Shown here: positions 63,969 to 64,000 of the stretch, piece after piece
Numbering within the stretch: position 1 is the first letter of the stretch
Layout of the letters: the number at the start of each line of letters is the position of its first letter
From: Phoronis australis
Lineage: Eukaryota > Animalia > Phoronida
NCBI GenBank assembly: GCA_002633005.1
Contig: NMRA01000006.1
Span: 1,071,021-1,135,020, forward strand
Length of the DNA: 64,000 bases
Reading direction: 5' to 3'
Made by a program: the position numbers and the translations under genes
The notes under the pieces: generated by a model
Told to the model about the DNA's origin: nothing
Seen by the model: only the letters and a program-made list of their open reading frames with translations
Databases searched by the model: none

Positions 63969-64000
63969 GCAGTCTAGTTCAATTGAAGCTAAACCAACCT

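Overview
Animal (probably invertebrate) genomic DNA, AT-rich and intron-containing. There are four multi-exon genes: a membrane-anchored copper amine oxidase (AOC) homolog (+, 2719-5691), Rab10 (+, 18532-26455), a MAK/ICK(CILK1) kinase (-, 46850-32779) convergent with Rab10, and the first two exons of an Ig-domain receptor resembling PTK7/off-track (+, from 57249). Between and inside them are hAT-, piggyBac- and Kolobok-like non-autonomous elements, Helentron-type repeats, a decayed LINE, a probable solo LTR and minisatellites. Three observations stand out. (1) The AOC keeps the TPQ-precursor Tyr but has lost all three copper-binding His and has Glu for the catalytic Asp, so it looks like a pseudoenzyme. 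(2) A 56-aa ORF missing from the ORF track (14376-14546) is a stand-alone paralog of the AOC membrane anchor with a purifying-selection pattern. (3) Several scattered segments have a mirror-image oligonucleotide signature (CpG > GpC, ACGT > TGCA) and read like ordinary host DNA only when reversed or complemented alone. This is either unusual biology or a data artefact. All alignments and counts were done by eye and need computational confirmation.
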